A stretch of DNA of 56,198 nt from Candidatus Iainarchaeum sp. (GCA_021158055.1 JAGGVJ010000004.1:1-56198); one strand, 5' to 3'. Counted from the first letter of the stretch, positions 9,933-19,421 are shown. Notes: generated from the letters alone by a model not told the origin. Program-made: numbers and translations.

Positions 9933-10320
9933 GTTTGATCCTGCCAAAGACGTCCGGTCCCACCTGGACATCATTATTGAGAGGCTTGAATTGCCTGAAC
10001 TGTTCAAAACAAACATAGTCTGCATGAGGAGTTCAGGCTCAAAGGCAAGGGCGTACGCAAGAATCTGGTCTTTTCCAAGGATCTGGCAGGCCGCGCTTGA
10101 CATAGAACCCCATTACATAATAGAAGTACTTTCACACCACTACGACCCCTTAAGTTATGATAAAAAGACAAGGGTCTTGATTCATGAGCTTCTTCACATC
10201 CCGAACACATTCAGCGGGGCAGTGCGCCCGCACAAGTTTTTCAACCACAGAATAGATAAAAAAGCAGTTGACAAGATTTACAGGGATTTCGTGAACTGTG
10301 AAAAAACACAAGACCTTTGA
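9922..10320 (+). CDS. Putative zinc metallopeptidase (HExxH), conserved archaeal family
   Basis: RSSGSKARAYARIW and VLIHELLHIP...GAVRPH; overlaps the end of the exonuclease gene. Confidence 0.8.
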   Translation: MGFEFDPAKDVRSHLDIIIERLELPELFKTNIVCMRSSGSKARAYARIWSFPRIWQAALDIEPHYIIEVLSHHYDPLSYDKKTRVLIHELLHIPNTFSGAVRPHKFFNHRIDKKAVDKIYRDFVNCEKTQDL

Positions 10321-10375
10321 TTTTCACATGCAGGGATTTTGATTTTCAAACCAAACCTTTTGATTTTCAAACCGC

Positions 10376-11188
10376 TTAAAAGAACAGCACAACCACTACG
10401 TTGTAAACCGAGTGGGCTATCGTGGTTTCTTTCACGCTCTCGCGCATGAAATACATTGCGCTCCAGAACAGGTTCAAAAAGAAAAAGAGAACCAGAAAAG
10501 GCACCATCGGAAGGGAAAAAAACATTATCTTGGGTATGTGTATCAGTGCCGCAAGCAATGCTGTTACAATAACCGGTATCAGGCCTGTTGAAAAAATCCC
10601 TGAACCAGTTGAAAAATTTGCTGAAAGGGATTTTTGTATCCCTTCCCTGAAAAAAGCTTCTTCTGCAAACGGAAATAAAAATCCTATGAGAAGAAGCTGT
10701 AAAACATTGATTTCGACAGGGTAGTGCGCGAAAACAGGGACAAATCCAATCAATGAATACACAAGGAGCATAGCAGAACACACCAGACCTGTGGTTATTG
10801 CAACAGGCACGCTTCCCGAATATCTTATTTTTCTTAGTGCAAACACTGAAAGGAAAAACGAATGGAAGACAAATGATGCAAAAAGCCAGCCGTTGAAATT
10901 AAAAATCCTGAAAATGAAAAGAAGCGCGGAATAGAAAAAAACGCTCAGCAAAAGAATTGAAAAATAAACCCAAAAATTGCTTTTTGCTTTTTCCAAAAAC
11001 GTTTTTCGCGAATTCAGATTCTGCCTGTTTGTTTTACCTGGTCTGCTTGCAACGGCCTGATTTTTAACAGGCTTTGCAGTCGCTTGATTTTTAACGGTTT
11101 TCACAGGGCCTTGTTTTCTCCCCTGCTTTGCAGCGGGTTTTTTTCCGGGTGTTTTGCGTCCTTTGGTTTTTGCTTTTTCTATTGTCAT
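10376..11188 (-). CDS. CPBP (CAAX/Abi) family intramembrane metalloprotease with Lys-rich N-terminus
   Basis: EEAFFR, LAALIH and HSVYN motifs, multiple TMs. Start placed at MTIEKAK; the ORF track starts at 11227. Confidence 0.85.
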   Translation of the reverse strand: MTIEKAKTKGRKTPGKKPAAKQGRKQGPVKTVKNQATAKPVKNQAVASRPGKTNRQNLNSRKTFLEKAKSNFWVYFSILLLSVFFYSALLFIFRIFNFNGWLFASFVFHSFFLSVFALRKIRYSGSVPVAITTGLVCSAMLLVYSLIGFVPVFAHYPVEINVLQLLLIGFLFPFAEEAFFREGIQKSLSANFSTGSGIFSTGLIPVIVTALLAALIHIPKIMFFSLPMVPFLVLFFFLNLFWSAMYFMRESVKETTIAHSVYNVVVVLFF

Positions 11189-11231
11189 CTTATCACTGTT
11201 TATCACTGTTGACCACTGATTATCCAAAAAG

Positions 11232-11657
11232 TTACTTTTTGTTCTTAAGACTTTTCACTTTCATGATTATTTTTCTGGTTGAAGAAAGCTCAAAATCCGT
11301 GTTTTGGGAAAGCCTGATTATTTTCGCGTGAAAATTTCTTTTTTCAAGCTCTTTTGAAAGGTCTTTTTCATCAAAGTGCTGGTCAAACCCGAGAACAATT
11401 ATGTCAGGCCTTATTTCCTGCAAAGGTTCAAACATGTCCTTTTCGCTTCCAAGCAACGCACAATCCACCGGCTTCAACGAAGAGACAATTGCCAGGCGCT
11501 GCTTTTCAGGTATAACCGGCTTTTGCTTGTGTTTTATGGTTGAGTCCCTTGACACAATTACAAACAACTCGTCTCCAAGTCTTTTTGCCTCTTCCAAAAA
11601 AGCAATGTGGCCGGGGTGAACCAAGTCAAAAGTACCTGTTGCAAGAATCCTTGTCAA
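11232..11657 (-). CDS. ribL: FAD synthase (archaeal cytidylyltransferase family)
   Basis: ATGTFDLVHPGH, VIVSRD, PDIIVLGFDQ, SSTRKII; TTG start. Confidence 0.85.
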   Translation of the reverse strand: MTRILATGTFDLVHPGHIAFLEEAKRLGDELFVIVSRDSTIKHKQKPVIPEKQRLAIVSSLKPVDCALLGSEKDMFEPLQEIRPDIIVLGFDQHFDEKDLSKELEKRNFHAKIIRLSQNTDFELSSTRKIIMKVKSLKNKK

Positions 11658-11753
11658 AAAACCAACTCGCTAATTAGATGCATTAAATCCCGTAATAGCA
11701 TTCAATCCTATAATAAGCAAACAAATTATAAAGTGTTTTACATTTATTAATAC

Positions 11754-12338
11754 ATGACTGAACTCGTTCTCGATTCAGACACAATAAAAGTGTTGTCTGT
11801 TGATACAAGGCTTGACATACTAAAACTTCTTTCGGAAAGGCGCAGGACTGCAACAGAGCTTTCAAAAAACCTTGAAAAGCACGTTACCACAATCAGAACA
11901 CACCTTGAACTGCTTGAAAAAGCACAGTTAGTCAACAGGATTGAAAACAACCACAAATGGGTTTATTTTCAGCTGACAAAAAAAGGCTCAATGCTTGTGG
12001 AACCAAAACCCATGACTTCAATGAGATTCATGTTCACTGCTGCGGCAGCCCTGATAGGTTACGCGTTCTGGGGAATATTTGTAATGCTCTCAAAAACCCG
12101 GACAGCAGGCCTTCCGATTCCAAAGGCACTGGAAAAAACCTATACCGCATCCATTGAAAGCGCGGGGGCAAACGATGCTGCAATGGATGGTGCAAGAAGC
12201 GCTGTTCAACAGGCGACAGAACCTGCTTCAATAGCGGCTATCTTTGACCCGACGCTGTTTCTTTCAGTGATACTTGCATTGTTTTTGGGTTCGGTTCTCA
12301 TCGGATACATATTTTCCTGCAAAAAAAGGTCAAAATAA
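11754..12338 (+). CDS. ArsR-type winged-helix regulator with two C-terminal TM helices
   Basis: IKVLSVDTRLDILKLL...TELSKNL...HLELLEKAQLV...KWVYFQLT followed by two hydrophobic segments. Confidence 0.85.
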   Translation: MTELVLDSDTIKVLSVDTRLDILKLLSERRRTATELSKNLEKHVTTIRTHLELLEKAQLVNRIENNHKWVYFQLTKKGSMLVEPKPMTSMRFMFTAAAALIGYAFWGIFVMLSKTRTAGLPIPKALEKTYTASIESAGANDAAMDGARSAVQQATEPASIAAIFDPTLFLSVILALFLGSVLIGYIFSCKKRSK

Positions 12339-12386
12339 CAAATCACATAATAAAGAGATAAAAAGGAAAACAATAAAGGGAAAAAG

Positions 12387-12575
12387 ATGAAAACCAAAAA
12401 CGCTTCAAACAAAACACACATTGTTATCGCTTTGCTTCTCGTTGGTTTAGTCGCACTTTCGGGTTTCAACACGTTTTTAACGCCGGACACGGGATACAGC
12501 CATGCTATTGAAAACGCGGGTGCTGCAGGAATCATACTTTCGCTTGTCTGGTTTTCGTTTGTGTTTTTTTCATGA
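12387..12575 (+). CDS. Small two-TM hypothetical protein
   Basis: 62-aa ORF with two hydrophobic stretches, co-oriented with the ArsR gene. Confidence 0.55.
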   Translation: MKTKNASNKTHIVIALLLVGLVALSGFNTFLTPDTGYSHAIENAGAAGIILSLVWFSFVFFS

Positions 12576-12774
12576 ACTGTTTTTGCAGGCGAATCCACAA
12601 GGTTTATTAATTAAAATGCAGAGATATATTACGTTTTCAAGTCAAATTTCATAAAAAAATTAACCATGTTTTATAACGCACTTCCTCATTTGTTATATGG
12701 CGTGCACATTAAAACACATTAAAACAAAAAATCAATTTTGAAATCAAAAAATTAACCCAGTAAACCTTGATTTT

Positions 12775-12864
12775 GGGGCCGTGGCTTAGTTTGGTTAAAG
12801 CGTTCGGCTGATAAACCCTTGTTTGGACACCGAAAGATCGCCGGTTCAAATCCGGTCGGCCCCA
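12775..12864 (+). tRNA. tRNA-Ile(GAU) with a 15-nt intron at 37/38 (12814-12828)
   Basis: Acceptor stem GGGGCCG/CGGCCCC plus discriminator A, anticodon stem TTCGG/CCGAA, anticodon GAT at 12810-12812, T-arm GCCGGTTCAAATCCGGT. Intron AACCCTTGTTTGGAC forms a bulge-helix-bulge. CCA is not encoded. Confidence 0.95.
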
Positions 12865-13011
12865 CTTAAAATTAAAAACCAAATTCTCACAATTGCTGCA
12901 GGCAGGCAGCAATGAAAGCAAGAAAGGCAAAAGCATTTAAAATTCATTGCACTTTTATAAAAGAGCAGCATATTGTCACTGCTGCATAAACAAGTATTAT
13001 CCGGTGATTTA

Positions 13012-14103
13012 ATGTCTGACGTGCTGAACCCGTTCGGAGAATCAAAAATAGAAAATTATGACCACCTGTTCAAGGAATTCGGCTTAAAGCCGATTGATTC
13101 ATTACTGTCAAGGCTTCCGAACCCGCACCGGCTTTTCAGGCGAAAAATAATCATTGCTCACCGTGACCTTGACAAGCTTCTTGATGCGTTTGAAAAAAAC
13201 AAGAAGTTTGCTGTCATGAGCGGGATAAAACCGTCCAGTGCATTTCATCTCGGGAGCAAGATGGTCGCGGAGGAAATAATTTACTTTCAAAAAGAGTTCA
13301 AGACCCAAACCCACTACTCTATTGCAGACCTTGAGTCCCTTGTCGACAACAAAATTTCATTGGAGGAAGCCGAAAAAAACGCTATTGACAACGTTGCAGA
13401 CCTTCTCGCGCTCGGCCTTGACGCGAAAAAAACATTTATCTACAGGCAGTCGCAGCAACAGGACGTCAAAAACATGGCTTTCGAGGCTTCAAATCATGTC
13501 ACAAACAACATGCTTAAGGCAATTTATGGCAAGCAGCACACAGGGATTTATTTCGCTGCACTGACTCAAGTCGGAGACATTCTTTTGCCTCAGCTGCCGA
13601 AATTCACCGGCAAAAAAATCGTGGTAGTGCCTGTCGGTTTTGACCAGGACCCGCACATGAGGCTTACGCGGGATATTTCAAAAAAGATAAATTTAATTCC
13701 GCCCGGTTCAATTTACCACAAGTTCATGAGAAACTTAAGCGGCGGGGCAAAAATGAGCAAAAGAGACCCTTCAAGCATGCTTACCATGAACGACCAGCCT
13801 CATGTCGCAAAGAAAAAAATAATGAGAAGTTTCACCGGGGGCAGGGAAACAGCTGAAGAGCAAAAAAACCAAGGCGGCCGACCGGAAATATGCATGGTTT
13901 TTGAGCTTGCGAACTTTCATTTTGTTGAAGACGACAAACTTCTAAAAGAAATATTTTCGACATGCAAAAGCGGGGCGCGAACATGCGGGGAATGCAAGGC
14001 ACAGGTTGCAGACATCGTCGCCAAGGCGCTTGAAAGCCACCAGCTGAAAAAACAAAAGCTTGTGGGCAAAGCAAAAGAAATTGTATGCAGGCAAAACCTG
14101 TAA
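13012..14103 (+). CDS. trpS: Tryptophan--tRNA ligase
   Basis: SGIKPSSAFHLG, QVGDIL, VPVGFDQDPH, KMSKR, FTGGRET; GGTGA RBS before ATG 13012. Confidence 0.95.
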   Translation: MSDVLNPFGESKIENYDHLFKEFGLKPIDSLLSRLPNPHRLFRRKIIIAHRDLDKLLDAFEKNKKFAVMSGIKPSSAFHLGSKMVAEEIIYFQKEFKTQTHYSIADLESLVDNKISLEEAEKNAIDNVADLLALGLDAKKTFIYRQSQQQDVKNMAFEASNHVTNNMLKAIYGKQHTGIYFAALTQVGDILLPQLPKFTGKKIVVVPVGFDQDPHMRLTRDISKKINLIPPGSIYHKFMRNLSGGAKMSKRDPSSMLTMNDQPHVAKKKIMRSFTGGRETAEEQKNQGGRPEICMVFELANFHFVEDDKLLKEIFSTCKSGARTCGECKAQVADIVAKALESHQLKKQKLVGKAKEIVCRQNL

Positions 14104-14161
14104 TAAAAAGTTTTATTTACAACGCAATCCAATAAAAGTACAGCAGTTTAAAGGCATTTTA

Positions 14162-14701
14162 ATGAACATATTCAAACAGTTTAAAAAAATTAATTTTACT
14201 TTTGCTATCTTACTGGCTGTTTTACTGGTTGGTGTGCTTGTCACTGGTTGCATTGTGGAAAACAATGGCTTGCCTGCGGACAAAGCTGTGGTAAACGAAC
14301 CCCTGGCACTTCCTGTGAAAAACCAACCTGAACAGGTTGATCCTGAAAAGGCTGTGATTGAAAAATACAGGACAGAAATCAACGAATGCGCTTCAAAAGA
14401 AGACGAGTACTACAGGAACTCGTGCCTGATTGAAGTCGCCAAAAAACACAAAGACCTGTCTGTATGCGAACTGGTGAAAGTAAGCAACCCAAACATCACA
14501 ATAAGAAAAAGCGAGTGTTTCGGTGAAGTTGGAAAAGAAATGCTTGACAAGTCAGTATGTGAACTGGCAGCAGATGTTGCCATAAAAGACAAATGCGTGC
14601 TTTTTATTGCAATTGAAAAGCAGGACATTTCTCTTTGCAAGAACATAAGTGATTCATATTACCGCACGGAAGTGTGCGAAAAAAGAATAATAGACAACTG
14701 A
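14162..14701 (+). CDS. Secreted or lipoprotein-like Cys-repeat protein
   Basis: Hydrophobic N-terminus ending LVTGC, followed by repeated C...(R/K)xxC...A...D.S.C units. Confidence 0.75.
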   Translation: MNIFKQFKKINFTFAILLAVLLVGVLVTGCIVENNGLPADKAVVNEPLALPVKNQPEQVDPEKAVIEKYRTEINECASKEDEYYRNSCLIEVAKKHKDLSVCELVKVSNPNITIRKSECFGEVGKEMLDKSVCELAADVAIKDKCVLFIAIEKQDISLCKNISDSYYRTEVCEKRIIDN

Positions 14702-14714
14702 TTTAGGCAATCCC

Positions 14715-15116
14715 ATGGAAAGCATTGAAGAAATCAAAAAAAGAAAACTTGAAGAAATGAAGGAAAAAATGAAAAACGTGGTAAAAATGACTGAAATAAC
14801 TGTTAATGACAGCAACTTTGAAGAAAACGTGATAAAAAAGTCTTTCAAGACACCTGTTGTAGTTGACTTTGGGGCTCTCTGGTGCGGGCCGTGCAGAATG
14901 CTCGGGCCGGTTCTTGAAAATCTTGCAAAAGAATACGATGGAAAATTTATTCTTGCAAAAGCTAATGTTGATGAAAACCCCAACTCAAGCCAGCAATACA
15001 AAGTAATAGGAATTCCCGCAGTAAAAATGTTCAAAAACGGCGGGATTGTTGACGAGTTCACAGGAGCACTGCCTGAAAACAGTGTAAAGCAATGGCTTGA
15101 CAAAAACCTTGGCTGA
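14715..15116 (+). CDS. trxA: Thioredoxin
   Basis: VVVDFGALWCGPCRML, IPAVKMFKNG. The start may be a downstream ATG. Confidence 0.93.
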   Translation: MESIEEIKKRKLEEMKEKMKNVVKMTEITVNDSNFEENVIKKSFKTPVVVDFGALWCGPCRMLGPVLENLAKEYDGKFILAKANVDENPNSSQQYKVIGIPAVKMFKNGGIVDEFTGALPENSVKQWLDKNLG

Positions 15117-15153
15117 TAAAAGCATAAAACAAGCTTTAAAGGAGAGTGAAAAA

Positions 15154-15363
15154 ATGAGTGAAGATTCTGTTTTGATTACCTGCGACCAGCCGATACTTGA
15201 AGTTGTTCAAAAATACCCGCAGACAATAAAAGTGTTTGCAGAGCACGGAATGGGCTGCATCGGATGCGCTGCCGCAAGATTTGAAAACATTGAAGAAGGG
15301 GCAAAAGCCCACGGCATAGACGTAGAAGAGCTTATGAAAAAATTAAACGAAACAGCAAAATAA
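15154..15363 (+). CDS. DUF1858-domain protein
   Basis: ILEVVQKYPQTIKVFAEHGMGCIGC...ENIEEGAKAHGID. Confidence 0.85.
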   Translation: MSEDSVLITCDQPILEVVQKYPQTIKVFAEHGMGCIGCAAARFENIEEGAKAHGIDVEELMKKLNETAK

Positions 15364-15549
15364 GAAAACTGACACAGTACAACTGCAATAGAGAAAAATG
15401 CAAGAGCAAAAAACTAAACCGCAAAACATTTATTTAGAGAAAACAACATATAAACAGGTCTTTTTTTAATTTTGACTGCCGGAAAACAAAAGCCGGTCAT
15501 TGCATGCAAAATAACATGCGAAACAAAAAGATAAAAAATTCTAATAAAA

Positions 15550-15576
15550 CCGAGATGTGGGGAGTTCCTGAATCGG
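15550..15576 (+). promoter_or_regulatory. Candidate eL15 ribosomal-protein leader hairpin
   Basis: CCGA-GATGTGGGGAGTTCCTGAA-TCGG immediately upstream of the AGGTGA RBS of rpl15e. An eL15 leader family is known in euryarchaea, but the match is unverified. Confidence 0.4.
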
Positions 15577-15590
15577 AAAAGGTGAAAACA

Positions 15591-16187
15591 ATGGGAATGT
15601 ACAACGAGATGGGAAAGACTTTCAAGGAAGAGTACAAGGGAAAAGACACATATTTTAAATCCGCTTACAAGCAAAGGCTTATCGGGTACAGGAAAGAAAA
15701 CCATGGTGTTGTCAGGGTGGCGCGACCGACCAACATAAAAAGGGCGCGTGAACTCGGCTACAAGGCAAAACAGGGAATAATCGTTGTCCGTTCAAGGATA
15801 AGAAGGGGCTCTCTCAGAAAAGGGCTCCCGACACGCGGAAGAAAACCGAAAAAAATGGGCATTTCAAAAATCACGGCAGGAAAACCACTTCAAAGGATTG
15901 CGGAAGAAAGAGCTGCCCGCAAGTATTCAGGCATGGAAGTCCTTAACTCTTATTTTGTGGGCGAAGACGGAAACCACAAGTATTTTGAAGTGATCCTTGT
16001 CGATCCTGCAAACCAGTCGATTCAAAGCGACAAAGACCTTGGCTGGATATGCAGCCAAAAACACTCCGGAAGAGTATTCCGGGGGAAAACAAGTGCGGGC
16101 AAGAAATCCAGGGGACTCAACAAAAAAGGATTCGGCACTGAAAAAATCAGGCCAGGTGTAAACGCAAACCTTGGAAGAGGCAAGTAA
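15591..16187 (+). CDS. rpl15e: 50S ribosomal protein L15e
   Basis: RPTNIKRARELGYKAKQG, IAEERAARKY, EVLNSYFVGEDG, RVFRGKTSAGKKSRGL. Confidence 0.97.
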   Translation: MGMYNEMGKTFKEEYKGKDTYFKSAYKQRLIGYRKENHGVVRVARPTNIKRARELGYKAKQGIIVVRSRIRRGSLRKGLPTRGRKPKKMGISKITAGKPLQRIAEERAARKYSGMEVLNSYFVGEDGNHKYFEVILVDPANQSIQSDKDLGWICSQKHSGRVFRGKTSAGKKSRGLNKKGFGTEKIRPGVNANLGRGK

Positions 16188-16205
16188 AAGCTTCATAGAT
16201 AACAT

Positions 16206-16841
16206 GTGAAATATATGTTTGTTGACTTTCACTGCGAGTTTTTTGACCCAGACCTTTTAAAAGAGACAGGTTTTGAAAAAATAGTGGTTAAAAGGCATTT
16301 TTCGTCTGTTTCCGAACTTGAAAAACTCAAAAAGGAAATAAAAGACAAAAACGTTGTTTTCGGAGCGGAAATAACCGCTTCAAACCAGGGAGAATTATCC
16401 AGGAAAATAACCGAGTTTTCAAAATCAGCCGACATCATCACTGTGCACGGCGAAACACCCGAAATAAACCGCCTGGCTGTCCGGGACAAACGCGTGCATG
16501 CGCTGACTCACCCGCAGTCGATTAAAAACGCGGGAATAGACCATTCAACTGCAAGAGTGGCCTGTGACAATGGCGTGGCTCTTGAGATACAGCTCTTCCA
16601 GCTGCTTCACTCTCACGGGATGCAGAAGTCAAGGCTCATGCATTCAACCATGAACGCAGTGAGGATTGCGGACAAGTACGGGATGCACATAATTTTTTCA
16701 ACAGGGGCAAAAACAAAGTGGGATTTGCGCAGCGCGCAGGACATGGTATATCTTGCAATGGCTTTCGGGCTTGAAAAAGACGCTGCCAAAAGAACGCTTT
16801 CCTCGCTTCCGGAAAGCATAATTTCGGAGGCGAAAAAATGA
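16206..16841 (+). CDS. rnp3: RNase P protein component 3 (Rpp30)
   Basis: INRLAV...HALTHP, VALEI, TGAKTKWDLRS; conserved operon position. Confidence 0.88.
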   Translation: MKYMFVDFHCEFFDPDLLKETGFEKIVVKRHFSSVSELEKLKKEIKDKNVVFGAEITASNQGELSRKITEFSKSADIITVHGETPEINRLAVRDKRVHALTHPQSIKNAGIDHSTARVACDNGVALEIQLFQLLHSHGMQKSRLMHSTMNAVRIADKYGMHIIFSTGAKTKWDLRSAQDMVYLAMAFGLEKDAAKRTLSSLPESIISEAKK

Positions 16842-17206
16842 AAAACAAACTCAAAGCGCTTCCCGCAACAATAAGGCAAAAAAAGCGATACCTCGCCTTA
16901 AAGACAGAAAGTGAAAAAGAGCTCAACTGTGCTGACCTGTCAAAACTGCTTTGGCAGGAAATGATTCTTTTAACAGGTCATTTTGGAACCGCAGAATCAG
17001 GTTTTTGGATAATCGAGACATTCGGGTCAAAAAACACGTCTTTTGCAATCATTGCCTGCGAAGTGCAAAAATATGAAAAAGTCAGGGCAGCGCTTACCTT
17101 GATAACTTACCTCGGGAACTCAAGGGTGCGGCCGAAAGTTCTTGGAGTTTCCGGAACCCTCAAAAAACTAAGAACAAAGTATTTAAAGAATACAGTCCAT
17201 TATTAA
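16838..17206 (+). CDS. rnp2: RNase P protein component 2 (Pop5)
   Basis: LPATIRQKKRYL, VRAALTLI, VLGVSGTLKKL. Confidence 0.9.
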   Translation: MKNKLKALPATIRQKKRYLALKTESEKELNCADLSKLLWQEMILLTGHFGTAESGFWIIETFGSKNTSFAIIACEVQKYEKVRAALTLITYLGNSRVRPKVLGVSGTLKKLRTKYLKNTVHY

Positions 17207-17281
17207 CTATATATTATATAAAAAAGAACGATATCATGAAGCATAAAATGCTTTCGCTTATCTTGTATATGAGGTGAATAA

Positions 17282-18010
17282 ATGTACAGTCCTGTTTCTG
17301 CACAAGCTTATGATCGGGCAATAACCGTGTTTAGCCCGGATGGAAACCTTTACCAGGTTGAATACGCGGGAAAAGCCGTTGAAAAAGGAACCCTTGGCGT
17401 GGGTTTGATTTACGACAAGGGAGTATTGCTTGCGGCTGACAAGAAAGTCAGTTCCAAGCTAGTGGTTGAAGAATCAATTGAAAAAATATCCATGATTGAT
17501 TTTCACATCGGGACAGTTTCTTCAGGTCTTGTTGCAGACGCAAGGCGCATTGTCGAATACTCGCGTGAAAAAGCGCAGGAAAACAACATCGTTTACAGCG
17601 AGCCGATCAACGTGGAAACACTTACAAAAGAGATATGCACGCTAAAGCAGATGTACACCCAATACGGAGGCACAAGGCCTTTCGGGATATCTTTTTTGAT
17701 AGCTGGAGTCGACAACACAGGAATCAGGCTTTTTGAAACCCTTCCAAGCGGAACACTAACTGAGTACAAGGCAGTGGCAGTTGGAATGAGCAGGTCTGAA
17801 GTGATGGACCTTTTTGAAAGCAAGTACAAGGAAAACAAAACAAAAGACGAGGTTGCAACGCTTGCAATCCAGGCTCTTGACCTTGTGACTGAAGACGAAA
17901 AGCTTAACGAGAAAAGAGTTGACATGGCTTTCGTTGATTCTGAAACAAAGAAATTCACAAAAGTCGAAAAAGACCAGATTGCCAAATACATTTCAAAGTC
18001 AGGAGCATAA
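17282..18010 (+). CDS. psmA: Proteasome alpha subunit
   Basis: YDRAITVFSPDGNLYQVEYA, SGLVADAR, RPFGISFLIAG. Confidence 0.97.
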   Translation: MYSPVSAQAYDRAITVFSPDGNLYQVEYAGKAVEKGTLGVGLIYDKGVLLAADKKVSSKLVVEESIEKISMIDFHIGTVSSGLVADARRIVEYSREKAQENNIVYSEPINVETLTKEICTLKQMYTQYGGTRPFGISFLIAGVDNTGIRLFETLPSGTLTEYKAVAVGMSRSEVMDLFESKYKENKTKDEVATLAIQALDLVTEDEKLNEKRVDMAFVDSETKKFTKVEKDQIAKYISKSGA

Positions 18011-18011
18011 A

Positions 18012-18710
18012 ATGGTTTCTGTTGACAAGGCAGTTATCGCCCGCCTTGAAAAAGAAGGACATCACTTTGAAATCTTGGTTGATGCCGAAAAAGCAATTGA
18101 ATACAGGAAAGGAAAAGAAACCAGCCTTGAAGAAACTTTAGCTGCAAACGAAGTGTTTTCAGATTCAAAAAAAGGAGAGCACGCTTCAGTAGAACATCTT
18201 GAAAAAGCGTTTAAAACAACAGTTTTTGAAGAAATCGCTGACAGGATACTTAAAAAGGGAGAAGTCCAGCTTACAACAGAGTTAAAAAGACAAATCACTG
18301 AAAACAACAGAAAAAAAATCATTAATTTAATTGCGTCAAAAGCCGTTGACCCGAAAACTCACGCACCGATTCCTGCTCTCAGGATTGAAACCGCAATGGA
18401 CAACGCGGGGATTCACGTGAACCCCATGAAGGATCCGGGCGAGCAAGTAGAAGAGGTAATAAAAAAAATAAGGTTGATACTTCCGATAAAATTCGAAACA
18501 ACAGAATTGTCAATAACTGTTCCGGCATTGTTTACTGGAAAAACATATTCTTTTGTGCATTCGCTTGCACCTTCAAAAGAAACCTGGCAGAGCAATGGGG
18601 ACCTGCAGGTAATTGTTTCGATTTCGACAGCAAGTCAAGGGGAACTTTATTCAAAGCTAAATAAAATGACTAACGGAAACGTGGTTGTTGAAATATTGAA
18701 CATAAAATGA
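18012..18710 (+). CDS. Ribosome assembly factor SBDS (Sdo1)
   Basis: MVSVDKAVIARL...HFEILVD, ILKKGEVQLT, DPKTHAPIP. Confidence 0.95.
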   Translation: MVSVDKAVIARLEKEGHHFEILVDAEKAIEYRKGKETSLEETLAANEVFSDSKKGEHASVEHLEKAFKTTVFEEIADRILKKGEVQLTTELKRQITENNRKKIINLIASKAVDPKTHAPIPALRIETAMDNAGIHVNPMKDPGEQVEEVIKKIRLILPIKFETTELSITVPALFTGKTYSFVHSLAPSKETWQSNGDLQVIVSISTASQGELYSKLNKMTNGNVVVEILNIK

Positions 18711-18786
18711 TTATTTATATGTAACATATAAAGCATACTGTCACATACACACATGCCATCAGATTGACTAAAAAAGGAGTGCTAAA

Positions 18787-19398
18787 ATGAATATTGTCAC
18801 ACCCGGGGAACTTATTTCAGAAGAACAGATAAAAACAAACCAAGGGGTTTTTTCAAGGCACGGAAAATTTTATTCCAAATTTTACGGGATACTCAATTCA
18901 AGAAATGACTTCACGGCAGTTAACGCGTTAAACGGAGTTTATCTCCCTAAAAGAGAAGATGTTGTAATCTGTTTTGTTGAAGATGTCAAGTTTTCCGGCG
19001 TGGTTGCTGACATAAACTCGCCTTACCAGGCTTACATGCAGACCAAGGATTCAAGAATCCGGTTTGAAATGCATAATGTGTTTGCAGCAACTGTAATTGA
19101 CGCAGATAGCTCTCAGAACATCCTGCTTGACTACCCTGAAAAACTCACAGGGGGAACAGTTATAAGATTCCCCCCTTTGAAAATACCAAGGGCAATCGGA
19201 AGGAATGCTTCAATGGTAAAAATGATCAAGGATTTGACAGGATGCAAGATAATAATCGGAAAAAACGGGCGCATTTGGATCAATGGTGAAAACCAGAACC
19301 TTGCAAAAAAAGCTTTTGAAATGATATCAAAACAAGCGCACATTCCTGGTTTAACAGAGCGCGTGCGAAAATCGCTTGAAGAAAACAATCAAAATTAA
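18787..19398 (+). CDS. rrp4: Exosome RNA-binding protein Rrp4
   Basis: IVTPGE, YLPKREDVVI (S1 domain), PRAIGRNASM and IIIGKNGRIWI (KH domain). Confidence 0.92.
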   Translation: MNIVTPGELISEEQIKTNQGVFSRHGKFYSKFYGILNSRNDFTAVNALNGVYLPKREDVVICFVEDVKFSGVVADINSPYQAYMQTKDSRIRFEMHNVFAATVIDADSSQNILLDYPEKLTGGTVIRFPPLKIPRAIGRNASMVKMIKDLTGCKIIIGKNGRIWINGENQNLAKKAFEMISKQAHIPGLTERVRKSLEENNQN

Positions 19399-19421
19399 AT
19401 GTTCAATTAACGAGGGATTCA

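Noticed and set aside
12709-12936. 75-aa minus-strand ORF
   Set aside because: Antisense to the tRNA gene.
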